Below, one piece after another: positions 26,656 through 37,300 of a stretch of DNA of 64,000 bases. The stretch lies in the IMG/VR virus record IMGVR_UViG_3300025138_000016, one strand, 5' to 3'. The DNA comes from a virus. The notes beneath the pieces were generated by a model. It saw only the letters and a list, made by a program, of their open reading frames with translations. It was not told where the DNA came from and did no database searches. Made by a program: the position numbers and the translations under genes. Position 1 is the first letter of the stretch. Each line of letters starts with the position of its first letter.

Positions 26656-29091
26656 TTATGCAATTCTTAACCACAAGGTCTTAGTATTTTCAGTATAATT
26701 TGAAGAAACTGTGAGGCCTGAATACTGTTTATTACGAGAACCAGCAAATTGATTGCTATAAGATGAAGCAAACTGTGAGCCAGGTGTTGATCTTGTATAT
26801 TGTCCAGTAAATTGTCCACGAATAAAGTTACCTGTATACTGAGGACCAGGTCTTGATCTAGCAAAGTTTACAGTATACTGTACTGACCTTGCATACGTAA
26901 CACTATAAGCACCAACAAATTGTCTAGCAAATTGACGCTGATAATCCCCTGAGAAAGATCTAGCATAATCAGCTGTATATACTCTTGTGTATTGAGTGAG
27001 GTATGTTGGTCCATTATAGTTAGGACCTACTGTGCTTCTAGTATATTGAGCTCTTGCATATAGACCAGCATACTGAGGTCCAGCAAATTGTCTACCATAA
27101 GCACCATAACTTCTAGAGCCTGCGAATGTTCTAGTATAAAATATTCGCGAATATGCCGGAGCATTTCTTGTTCTTGCATACTGTGCTGTATAGTTTCTTA
27201 AATAACTAACTGAATATGCAGGACCATCATATTGTGGACCAGCTACATCTCGAGTAAAGGTACTTATATACTGAGGTCCTGCTCTTGATCTTGCATATTG
27301 AGGACCATCATATTGTGGTCCTGGAGTTGATCTAGCATAAGCAGGACCATTAAAAGATAGAGAAGGCACAGATCTTGTATACTGTGGACCACCTGTAGCT
27401 CTAGAAAAGCTTCTAGAGAAGAATCTTGTATATTGTCCTCTTACAAAGTTTACTGGAATAGGCCCACGGTTATATGAGCCTCTAAAATATGCTCTTCCAT
27501 CACCACCATTTGCTTCGCTTTCTGGAACGTTATAATAGTAAACTGTTCTATAAAAGACTTGAGAAAAATCGAATCCTGGAGCTGTACCTGAATAAAGACC
27601 TGTGAACTGATTACCTGTTGAGTAATTTTGATCATATTGCCCTATGTAAGTTCTACCATACTGGCCAGCATAAAATCTTTGATAAGCCGCTCTTGTATAG
27701 TTTGCTGAGTATACTCTTGTATATTGTCTTTGATATTGCGCTGAATAATTTCTAGCATATTGAACTGAATAGTTATTAGTATATCGTCTAAGAAATGTCC
27801 TAGTATAATTAACAGTATAGTTTGGTCCGTCTGTTGATCTTGCATACTGACCGTAATAAACTAAAAGATATGCGACAGCATATGTAATGCCTCTTGAATA
27901 TGCGCCTGTGAAAGATACTGCATAGTTATCTCCCCTTGCATACTGTCTTTGAAATTGCGAGGAATATGTACGAGCATATTGACCTGCATATTGTCTAGTA
28001 AATGCTCTTTGAAATTGAGCACTAGCATATTGAGGTCCAGGAGTAGATCTTGCGTATGAGAGGCCTGCAACTACTCTTGTATATTGTGGACCATCATAGT
28101 TAGTACCAGCTACTCCTCTAGCAAAGTTAGATATATAACCTCTTGCAAAGCTACGTCCATAGCTACCAGCATATACTCTTTGGAATTGATCTGCATATTG
28201 TCTAGCAAATTGTCCTCTAGAATATTGATCACTAAATATTCTTTGGAATTGTCTAGCAAAGGTATTAGCATATTGTGCTGTATAGTTACCAGTATATTGA
28301 GTATTTTCAATATTAGGATTTCTGTCTGTAGCAGCTCCTCTTGCAACCCATGTACCTACACCAGGAATAGAAGTTTGAAATTTATATGTGCCGACGCCTG
28401 TTGCTACTATTCTATTTCTTAATCTAGCTACTAATGTCTGTATTTCTGTATCAGACATTTCTTGTAAGTTGGTAGTAGATTGTTTAAGTAGTTTAACTTG
28501 AGTAGGACTACTAGTATGAGATGTTTTTCTCCATAGCTTATAAGTAACTTTTTGATCTTCATCATTTGCGTTGTTAGTAACTTCATCAAAGAATTGATCT
28601 TGAGCTACCCAAGTACCACCAATGCTAGGTGCATTAACACTAACGTAATAAGATCCTGCAGCTGCATATGTTGAATTAGCTTTAGCTATATCATCTAAGC
28701 AAAGTTGCATTATAGTAGTGTTTAATTGAGTAGATGTTTGTTGTGCAACATGACCAGGATTAGATGTACCACCATGTGTAGCAGGTGTAATCATACTAGC
28801 TTCTGATAAAGAAGAAACGTTTTGTTTAAATATATAAGTAGTAGCACCAGCTGATCCTGAATAAGGATGCGATAAGAGTTCACCAGTTGCAAAATTATCT
28901 ACAAATGTACCAACACTAGTACCTGTTGAATTGATATTTAAATCTCCAACATGATCACCAGAGCCTGACTCTGTAGCGTACTTAGTGTTTATTAATTTAA
29001 CGGAATAGTCAAGCTCAGCATTTGTTGTGACTTGGACTCCATTATTATAAACCCCATTTGCATGTGTTCGCAACTTAAGGGGATTGCTCAT
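26656..29091 (-). CDS. Paralogous Tyr/Arg repeat hairpin protein (811 aa)
   Basis: Shares the NPL(K/R) N-terminus, GTSVGTFVD, YKLWRK, RLRNRIVATGVGTYK, the NGGDG turn and the LWLR(I/V)A C-terminus with 22762-26595. Confidence 0.85.
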   Translation of the reverse strand: MSNPLKLRTHANGVYNNGVQVTTNAELDYSVKLINTKYATESGSGDHVGDLNINSTGTSVGTFVDNFATGELLSHPYSGSAGATTYIFKQNVSSLSEASMITPATHGGTSNPGHVAQQTSTQLNTTIMQLCLDDIAKANSTYAAAGSYYVSVNAPSIGGTWVAQDQFFDEVTNNANDEDQKVTYKLWRKTSHTSSPTQVKLLKQSTTNLQEMSDTEIQTLVARLRNRIVATGVGTYKFQTSIPGVGTWVARGAATDRNPNIENTQYTGNYTAQYANTFARQFQRIFSDQYSRGQFARQYADQFQRVYAGSYGRSFARGYISNFARGVAGTNYDGPQYTRVVAGLSYARSTPGPQYASAQFQRAFTRQYAGQYARTYSSQFQRQYARGDNYAVSFTGAYSRGITYAVAYLLVYYGQYARSTDGPNYTVNYTRTFLRRYTNNYSVQYARNYSAQYQRQYTRVYSANYTRAAYQRFYAGQYGRTYIGQYDQNYSTGNQFTGLYSGTAPGFDFSQVFYRTVYYYNVPESEANGGDGRAYFRGSYNRGPIPVNFVRGQYTRFFSRSFSRATGGPQYTRSVPSLSFNGPAYARSTPGPQYDGPQYARSRAGPQYISTFTRDVAGPQYDGPAYSVSYLRNYTAQYARTRNAPAYSRIFYTRTFAGSRSYGAYGRQFAGPQYAGLYARAQYTRSTVGPNYNGPTYLTQYTRVYTADYARSFSGDYQRQFARQFVGAYSVTYARSVQYTVNFARSRPGPQYTGNFIRGQFTGQYTRSTPGSQFASSYSNQFAGSRNKQYSGLTVSSNYTENTKTLWLRIA

Positions 29092-29101
29092 ATTTTATCC
29101 C

Positions 29102-32047
29102 CTAGGCCGGCCAGGCCACATCACCATTAGCGTAATATACTCTGAATGCGTTTCCGCCTTCATCTTTAATATCACTATGTATTGATAAGTCTCCTACTAC
29201 GTTAGCTGCTGCTTGTAAGTTTGTTGCGCTTGTTACTTTTAATGTACCTGTTTCTGTTTCACCAGTAACACTTACGTTAGCACCAGCAGTAATATTATTA
29301 TCTACTTGTGCTGTAGAAGATACATTTATAAAGCCAGTAATAGTTGTATTACCAGTACCTAAAGTTTTACCTACAGATACGTGCTGTGTAGTAGATATAT
29401 TACCACTAAAAGTACCTGTGTTAGCAGTTAATTTAAATCTCTTAGTTGTATCACCAAGTACCGCACCTGATGTATTAGATGCAGGTTTAACACCTGAAGA
29501 CGTTGATATAATGCCAGTAGTATTAATTGTATTAGCATTCAATACCCATCTATTATTTACATCACCTAATGAAACTGTATTGCCATTAGGAATAAATCCT
29601 ACTGTTGAGTTACCAACAGGTGCAAGTACAAATAAATGCTCTGTACCTGAGTTATCACCAATAGTAGTATTACCATCTAATGTTGTCTCTGCTGATACAG
29701 ATAGTGTAGTCATTGTGGCTACATTTAATGATAGCGCGTTATCACTTGCAAGTGATGTTGTACCTTGTACTGTGAAATTACCAGCAACAGTAACATTATT
29801 ACTGAATGCTGTATTTGGTGCAACGTCCATACCAGTATCAGTGATGTATAATTCACCGCTTACTAGATTAGCTGTTGCGCCTGTATGAATTATAGGTGAG
29901 GTTAAAGTACCATGCGCTAATGAGCCTGTTATAGACGTATCGCCGCCAACATTTAATTTCTGACCTATTTGTACTGACTTAGCTATACCAACACCACCTG
30001 AAGTAGTTATTGATCCAGTTGTAGTACTAGTACTATTAGCAGTGTTATCTACATCTATTTTACCATCAACACCTAAGTGACTTGATACGTTAGCTGTTCC
30101 AGTAATCTCTACATCGCCAGTAATTGTAGCACCAGATGCTGAGACTGTTAAACCGTCTGCTACTGTTAATGAATCACCTAATACGACGTTACCTGATACA
30201 TTAGCAAGACCAGTTATATCTGCTCCACCATTAAGATCAGATAATCCTGAAACCTCTAGTCCGCTTGATAGAGTAGCTTTACCTGTAACACCAAGAGTAC
30301 TACCAACAGTAGCTGATGTTCCTATACCAGCTCCGCCGACTGTAGTTAAACTAGCGGCTGCGATAGCACCGTCTGCAGCTATAGCCCCTGAATCAGATAT
30401 TACAGCATTTACTGTACTATTACCAATAGTTATTTTTGAATGTGTTATTGCGACATTACCAGCTGTAATATTATCTTGAGCTGTTATTGCGCCTTGTACG
30501 TTTAATGTACTATTTAAATCTGTTGCACCATTAGCCTGTAAAGTACCTGTTACATTTGCACTTGCTGCTTTTACATTACCAGCAAATACTGCAGCATTAG
30601 CTGTAGTTGTTCCGTCTATTGAAACTGTATTACTTAATGTAGTTGATCCAAGCACTGATAGAGTACCATCAGTATCAACGGCTGTTTTTGTTATGGCTGT
30701 ATTAACAGTTGAATTACCAACTGTTATTTTTGAAGTTGAGAGGTTAACATTAGCGCCAACATTCATTTGCGTTGTTGCGTTTGCTATACCTGTTGTTATT
30801 AGACCTGATTTAGCTCTTAATAATCCACCAACGTTAGCTGCACCTGATAATAAAGTAGTTGTACCTACTGATAGATTATCAGTTATAGTAACTGTATCAC
30901 CAGCTGTTACATTACCTGTTAGTGTTGTTAAACCTGATGCATTTATATCAGCTGCTTTTAATCCCCATCTAGCATCATTTAATCCTAATGTCTGTGTATT
31001 AGCTTCTGGATTAATATTTGAAGATACTTCAGCTATAAAGTTAACTGAATCTGAGTTAGCATTACCTAAATCAACATCTGCATTAAGAGTTGTTTTGCCT
31101 GCAATAGTAAGAGTACTACTACCACCTATTGCTCCTGTCACATCGGCTTTACCGCCTATTGACGTATTCCCTGTAACTGCTAGAGTATTTGATACACTCA
31201 CAGTATTACTATTAAGGTTCCATCTAGCGTCTGTTAGACCAAGGGACAATGCGTTAGAAACGGGGTTTAAGCTTGAATCAGACTCTGAATTAAACGTTAC
31301 TGTATCACTATTAGCTGAACCAAGTACTACGTTTGCATTAAACTGTGACTCATCTGAATCAACAGTTACTAAGTTACCAGCCAATGTTACAGAGGTTGAT
31401 GTACCATCTCCATTTATATCAATAGCAGATAAAGTTGAATTAGACTTAAGCGTTATATCGTTAGCAGTAAGAGTAGTATTATCATAATCAGCTGTTAATG
31501 TTGTACCATCCATATCAACTGTTGTAGAGTTAATATCTAATGTTGTACCAGTAACATGAACTGCTGTTGAATTTATTGAAGTATTAGTTGATGATGAATT
31601 AATATGTACATTAGAACTAACTTGTAGCAAAGTACCATTAGCAAATACGTTTGCTGTTTCTAGATCAACGAATGATCCTTTAATGGTAACAGAATTAACA
31701 GTAGCATTAGAGCTAACATTAACAGTACCGTTTGATAGATTACTGTTTGATGTAACGTAGAGAGTGTTTGATACTTGTACATTACCACCTCTTACATCAT
31801 TAAATACAGCAATTGTATTAGATTGTAATATACCGCCTGTGCTATTAACCCAAGCTTCAGTATCTTGATTGTAAACGTTTGATGTTATTACAACGTTACC
31901 AGATGTAGAACCACCAACAGTATTTTGCTGAGCAGTAACAACTGTCTCAGATAAATCAAATAGTATCTGATTGGTTTTGTCTACCCAAGCACCAAAGGTG
32001 TCTGTTTGCGTTGCAATATTAGCGGATTTATATTTTCTTTCAGCCAT
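29102..32047 (-). CDS. Long tail-fibre-like protein (981 aa)
   Basis: N-terminal TDTFGAWVDKTN baseplate-anchor motif, beta-repeat shaft, recurring P..N..LG...RW.L modules and C-terminal RVYYANGDVAWPA. Confidence 0.7.
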   Translation of the reverse strand: MAERKYKSANIATQTDTFGAWVDKTNQILFDLSETVVTAQQNTVGGSTSGNVVITSNVYNQDTEAWVNSTGGILQSNTIAVFNDVRGGNVQVSNTLYVTSNSNLSNGTVNVSSNATVNSVTIKGSFVDLETANVFANGTLLQVSSNVHINSSSTNTSINSTAVHVTGTTLDINSTTVDMDGTTLTADYDNTTLTANDITLKSNSTLSAIDINGDGTSTSVTLAGNLVTVDSDESQFNANVVLGSANSDTVTFNSESDSSLNPVSNALSLGLTDARWNLNSNTVSVSNTLAVTGNTSIGGKADVTGAIGGSSTLTIAGKTTLNADVDLGNANSDSVNFIAEVSSNINPEANTQTLGLNDARWGLKAADINASGLTTLTGNVTAGDTVTITDNLSVGTTTLLSGAANVGGLLRAKSGLITTGIANATTQMNVGANVNLSTSKITVGNSTVNTAITKTAVDTDGTLSVLGSTTLSNTVSIDGTTTANAAVFAGNVKAASANVTGTLQANGATDLNSTLNVQGAITAQDNITAGNVAITHSKITIGNSTVNAVISDSGAIAADGAIAAASLTTVGGAGIGTSATVGSTLGVTGKATLSSGLEVSGLSDLNGGADITGLANVSGNVVLGDSLTVADGLTVSASGATITGDVEITGTANVSSHLGVDGKIDVDNTANSTSTTTGSITTSGGVGIAKSVQIGQKLNVGGDTSITGSLAHGTLTSPIIHTGATANLVSGELYITDTGMDVAPNTAFSNNVTVAGNFTVQGTTSLASDNALSLNVATMTTLSVSAETTLDGNTTIGDNSGTEHLFVLAPVGNSTVGFIPNGNTVSLGDVNNRWVLNANTINTTGIISTSSGVKPASNTSGAVLGDTTKRFKLTANTGTFSGNISTTQHVSVGKTLGTGNTTITGFINVSSTAQVDNNITAGANVSVTGETETGTLKVTSATNLQAAANVVGDLSIHSDIKDEGGNAFRVYYANGDVAWPA

Positions 32048-32295
32048 TACCTTGTCCTAGAAGCTAGCTGAACAAGCACATCTTGTATATCGTGTAACGT
32101 TTTCGTCTGTGCTTTTACTTGCGATTTCATCTCTGCGATTTCATTCTCAAGTATATCAACTTTTTGCATTTTTATTTGTTGTTTTCTTTTTCGTGCCTTG
32201 TGTGCATCTAATGCAGTCTTATTAGTATTTATGATAGCCCCTGAGGTCGTCTCTTTAAATAAGAATGGAACATTAGTTTTAATTATATCTGCCAT
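32047..32295 (-). CDS. Small conserved T4-like hypothetical protein with C-terminal coiled coil
   Basis: LFKETTSGAIINTN motif, in the position usually seen downstream of DUF4815-type structural genes. Confidence 0.65.
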   Translation of the reverse strand: MADIIKTNVPFLFKETTSGAIINTNKTALDAHKARKRKQQIKMQKVDILENEIAEMKSQVKAQTKTLHDIQDVLVQLASRTR

Positions 32296-32296
32296 A

Positions 32297-34339
32297 TTAT
32301 GCGCTCAATGCAATAGCTCTTATATCAGCTATTTTTGGTACCTTATATTGTTTGTCTGATCTGAAGAGTACTTTAACTTGGAATAGTCCAAAGTTTTCAT
32401 ACTCTCTTCCAGTTGAATCAAAGTATCTTAACTTAAATGATCCGTCTGATTGTGGGTATAGGAAAGCAGCTTGCTTTTCGTCAGCGTTTACTTTATAATG
32501 TAATGTACTAGTAAATGCTTTATCTGCTGCAGATGTAAATACGACCGCAGTAGTATTAGATGATTCTACTCTTCCAAGTACATAGTTATCAGGTATACCA
32601 TCAGTAATGATCATTAGATCACCAGCTGCATAGTTAGTGTTATTAGCACCTGAGCCTGATATAGTAGTACTACCAACTGAGCATGTAGCAACACCAGATT
32701 GTCTATTTGTATTTTCAATAGTAGGTATTGCTGGTACAGTATATTTAAATTCTTTAAAGTCATTAGCTGCATCTGAAGCACTAAATAGTTCAGTCTGACC
32801 TTCAGCTAAGTTAAGTTTAGTCCACTGTCTATCAATCATCTTATCATCATCACCTGGTGATGTGAACATAGCATATACATCAAGACTAGTACCTGCTGGT
32901 CTATATCCTGTTACATATGTATTAAGATCTTCAGCTTCCATACCGGATGCTAATGTAACTGTTTTAGATACATACTTACTTGTTGTTAAACCTTGACCAT
33001 ATATTCTTTCGTTTGTATCTATGTTATTAATTGATGTAGCATACGCTTCAATCATTGACATACCTTCTTTGGTATCTAATGTTGGTGAAACGTTATCATT
33101 TGTTGTCTTTAATTTAGTAGTTACTACTAGAGACTTATTACCTGAATTATCTCTTACTTCATTTGATTTACTAAATACTGCTGAGTTAAATGAAGTGTTT
33201 CTATTAGTAACACCATATATTAATGGTCTAGTTTCATTAGTAGCAGGTGTAGTTGAATCAATTGTTTTTATTGTTGAAAATAAAGTAGTGCCTGTTGTTT
33301 CTGTTTTATATAAATGAGGCTGGTAATGATTAACAATTGAATTATCAATTGAAGCAATATCAAATGATGCTGCTGATTCAGTACATTTAATAGTATCACC
33401 GTTAGCAAATAAATTACTTCCTGATGCTGATGACTCTTTAATTGTGACTTTATTACCTACAACTGTATCATATTTACCAATAATACCAGTTGGAGTTTTA
33501 GCTGCGTTAGCTGATGCAATACCTATTCTTGCTCCACCGACTATTGTCATCGATGTATCTGATGCTATACTTTTAACAGTAACAACATCACTAATATCAT
33601 TATTAGAAGATGATCTAATTACAATACTATCTCCTGATGAGAATGATGAAGTAAACGTTGTAGATACTCCAGTCACTGAACTGCTACCTTTCGTACATGT
33701 AACAGTACCAGCTGCAAAAGCTGATGGCACTTTATATACTTCTTCTGCTAATTGAATAGTACCTGAAAGATTCTCAATAGTAAGGAATTCTAAGTCTTCA
33801 TTTACCTGAACGATTTCACCTTGCACTGTAGGTTTGAATGTTGCTTTATTTAATCTAAACTTAAGATCAGAATCAACTATAGGACTCCAAGCACTTGATG
33901 CTGATATAAACAATGTACCATCACCCCAGCTTGAGGATATAGGAGCTCCTGTGACGATGTCATCTTCTCCAGTTTTAAGATACCATAATTTAATATCTGG
34001 TGAACCACCATCTGGACTTACTGATAAAGCATACTGCTTACCTGACTTAAGAAAAGCAGGTATATCAAAGATACATCTTGTTGGTATAAGACCATTATTT
34101 GATATCTTAATATTCTTTGCTAGTAAGTGAGTAGTAGCTAAGACTGTTCTAGTTGGTGTACCGTTTAAACATTCTCTTATCTGTACTGTTATACCTGATG
34201 TTGTATCTTTAGCTTGAAAGAACAAATCACATGAGGTCAAATATAATCCATCTGCATCAGCACAATGCTCAGGCAATATCCTAAACGTCTGTGCGATCGG
34301 ATTATCGCTTAATCTACTTTCTTTATACCATTGACTCAT
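32297..34339 (-). CDS. Virion structural protein; C-terminal half of DUF4815/VrlC-like protein (680 aa)
   Basis: NPIAQTF..GLYLTSCDLFF..KD, DLKFRLNKATF, SKYVSKTVTL and P.IADIRAIAL motifs. Confidence 0.7.
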   Translation of the reverse strand: MSQWYKESRLSDNPIAQTFRILPEHCADADGLYLTSCDLFFQAKDTTSGITVQIRECLNGTPTRTVLATTHLLAKNIKISNNGLIPTRCIFDIPAFLKSGKQYALSVSPDGGSPDIKLWYLKTGEDDIVTGAPISSSWGDGTLFISASSAWSPIVDSDLKFRLNKATFKPTVQGEIVQVNEDLEFLTIENLSGTIQLAEEVYKVPSAFAAGTVTCTKGSSSVTGVSTTFTSSFSSGDSIVIRSSSNNDISDVVTVKSIASDTSMTIVGGARIGIASANAAKTPTGIIGKYDTVVGNKVTIKESSASGSNLFANGDTIKCTESAASFDIASIDNSIVNHYQPHLYKTETTGTTLFSTIKTIDSTTPATNETRPLIYGVTNRNTSFNSAVFSKSNEVRDNSGNKSLVVTTKLKTTNDNVSPTLDTKEGMSMIEAYATSINNIDTNERIYGQGLTTSKYVSKTVTLASGMEAEDLNTYVTGYRPAGTSLDVYAMFTSPGDDDKMIDRQWTKLNLAEGQTELFSASDAANDFKEFKYTVPAIPTIENTNRQSGVATCSVGSTTISGSGANNTNYAAGDLMIITDGIPDNYVLGRVESSNTTAVVFTSAADKAFTSTLHYKVNADEKQAAFLYPQSDGSFKLRYFDSTGREYENFGLFQVKVLFRSDKQYKVPKIADIRAIALSA

Positions 34340-34344
34340 ATTTG

Positions 34345-37300
34345 TTACCTTGTCTCATACATAGAGTATATTTCATCTATGTTTATTATTCCACCGCTTG
34401 AGCCTGTTATAGCTGTATTTGCTTTAGAACCTGTTCCTGTTGTAGAAGTTACATACGTATTATTAACGATTGTTACACCTGTATTAACTGAATATGGATT
34501 AAATTGTACGGTACTTGTATCTTGAGTATTACCAACTGTATCCATTGCAATGGAATTACCATAGTACTCATCATCCCACCACCAGTTCCAAGCATATGTA
34601 TTAGTTACTGTTACATCAGTATCAATATCAATAGTCTCTTCTGTATAGGTATTAGATCCAATAGTCTCAAACTCAAATGTAGGTTGTCTTGTTGTTAATG
34701 AGACGCCTTCTTTATTAACTGAATAGTTATAAGCACTATATGTTGCAGTAGCTGTTGAAGTAGCTGAATCCATTCCAGCAATTGTAGTTGCATCAGCTAA
34801 TACTAATTGTCTATCACCAACATTAAATATACCTGCTGTTAATCTAAACTGAGCACTTAATACACCATAACTATCTGATAATACTGGGTCACCATAGTCA
34901 CCAAGTTTATGTACATGCTTAGCACTATTTAATAATGTTGTTGAACCATCAGTTAATGTTGCTAATGTACCTGGACGGAAATTAGCTGCTTGAGATGTAT
35001 TATCAAAGAATAAATAATGTCTTGTATTAGGTCTTAACCCAGTAACAAGTATTTTAATTAACTTAGCTCTCATAAATGGTGAGAATGTTACATCAGTAAT
35101 AAAGTCACCAACTGCGGTTGTATTATCTTCATAACCCATAGCTAGTTGCTGAGTAGTTTTAAGATAAGTATCTGTTGTAGTAGTTGTAGTTGTTGTTACA
35201 GCTGTTTCAGTAGTATGCCCATAAGGCCAGCCCCAACCACCCCAGTAGTTATTATGACCGTAATGACCACCATAACCATAATAGCCTTCATGACCGACGT
35301 GATCGTATCCACCCCATCCATCCCATCCCCAGTAACCGTAGTTCTTAAAGTTGGTGTCAGTAGTTGTATTAACGTCTACTGTATTAGCTGATGAAGTACC
35401 AATATGATCAATACTAGTTTTAGTCATTGGTAAGATATCATTAATATTATCTAATAGATCTTTAACGCCTGTAGATGTATCAATAAAGATATCTTTAGTT
35501 GGTGTTGTTGTCTCGTCATACCCTGCATCATAATTAGGTGTTAATTTAACTTTACCAACATACTTGTAAAATACTGATGTGCATGGTCTAAAGTTAGAAC
35601 ATACATCTTGATTAATAAATGATGATTCAGTAGCATTTAATATCATTAAACCATCTAGGTCAGTCATATTAGTTGAGCTTTGTAACTTAAGATCAATCAT
35701 TTCTTTTTTAAACTTAGGATGATATTCAGTTGATGTCTCATCAATAGCGATATTAAATTCTCTATTTCTTGTATCAGCTGAATTGAAATCAGTAGCTGGA
35801 TCAACAAAGATACCATTCTTAAATCTATCATTACCATTCTCGTCTGTAATGGCCATGTTTTGTGTCTTTTGCTCTAATTGAGATAGTGTAGTATAATACT
35901 CAAGATTTTTTAATCTCTTATCCATCTTAGATATATCTTTCATTGTATATCGTTTAGTATTAGATGGCTGTATTACAACTGACTCATTAGTTCTCAATTT
36001 AGCTCTCGCTTCCTTAGAAGTAAGAGATGGGAATGGTGGAACAATTATTGTACCAAGTACTAATGCCCCTGGTGGGTCTTGAGGTGGTACAGGAGATGAA
36101 GCAGGTGCACCACGTTTAGTTACTATGTAACCTTTCTCTGTGATAGCAAGCTTATCTATTCTTCCCATGTAATATTGTATATCAGTTTCAAACTGTTTAT
36201 CAGGTGCAGCTAAGAAATGATCAATACTACCAAATGTTTCAGTAACACTTGGATTGACTGTCGCAGCTCCAATAGAGACTGCATATGCACCTGTATTAGC
36301 TACTTGTGGTCTTGAATCAAGTGTATCTCTTAAATCTGCTTTAAAGCCTGAGTCTGAAACATAAACTGGAATATCTTCTGGATCTAATAATGATACACCA
36401 TCACTCTTATAGTAACTTGATGCAGTATAGAATCCTGCTCCAGATGCTGGATCAGCAGCTTGGAACACCTTACATTTAACTAAGATTTTATTTGAACCAG
36501 TTAATGACTGAGATGACTTTTTAGTTAACTGAGATAAGCCGTAGAAGTTATCTCTACTATTTTTCTCTAATACAAATCCTATTTTAGATTCTGAATTAGA
36601 CTCTGAATATGTTGAACCAATAAAGATTCCTGTAATAGAATCAACATCAGGCATTCCTAATGACCAAGGCCCTGCTGTAGTTCCAGCGTTATTAGAACAA
36701 TCTATCTTAACATAGACTTCTTTTAATGTCTTCTTAAGAGGAGTAACATTAGTTTTCTTCTCATTAAATGTAACATTAAATGCTTTAGAAGTAGTAATAC
36801 CACTTGCTAATGCAGCTGTTAAGTCAACAGTAGCAGTTGTACCTGAAACAGTAATTGATGCTTTATCAGTATCAATAGCTACGTTATTAGCTATACCGCC
36901 TGCTGTTGTAGTAGGTCTAATAATAAATTCTTTCTTTTGTACATTTGTTAATGCACCTGAGTAAGGAAACACTCCTGATAGAGTAGTTATTGTAACTGTA
37001 TTACTTGATGTAGTTACTTGTCTCTCACTTCTGTATGTGTAGTCAGAACCTGATGTAGCTTTAATCGCTCTTGCAGGTAATGGCCATAAATTTGTATTGA
37101 TTTGCGGCTCGTGTAATATAGCTCTGCTATTAATTAATACAGCATCAGCTGTACCAGCAGCATTAATATGTAATGCTTTAATGTTTCTTATTGCTTTACC
37201 AGCATTCATTTTAACATCAAATACATATACTTTATATTGCGCTTTAGCAGTTCCTTGAACACCGCTATGATATGCAAATGCTTTTACTTTTGCTGTACCA

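Noticed and set aside
23397-28346. Multiple same-strand alternative-frame ORFs (e.g. 23397-23909, 24921-25241, 25269-25835, 27642-27845) with MLD/LLD/QDQD repeats
   Set aside because: Shadow frames produced by the repeated TAT-GCT-AGA codons of the hairpin genes; no SD or independent protein features.
22762-29091. Reading the Y/R/G-rich proteins as disordered, phase-separating or collagen-like
   Set aside because: Strict 4-residue aromatic periodicity and exact mirror pairing argue for an ordered structure, and there is no continuous Gly-X-Y pattern.
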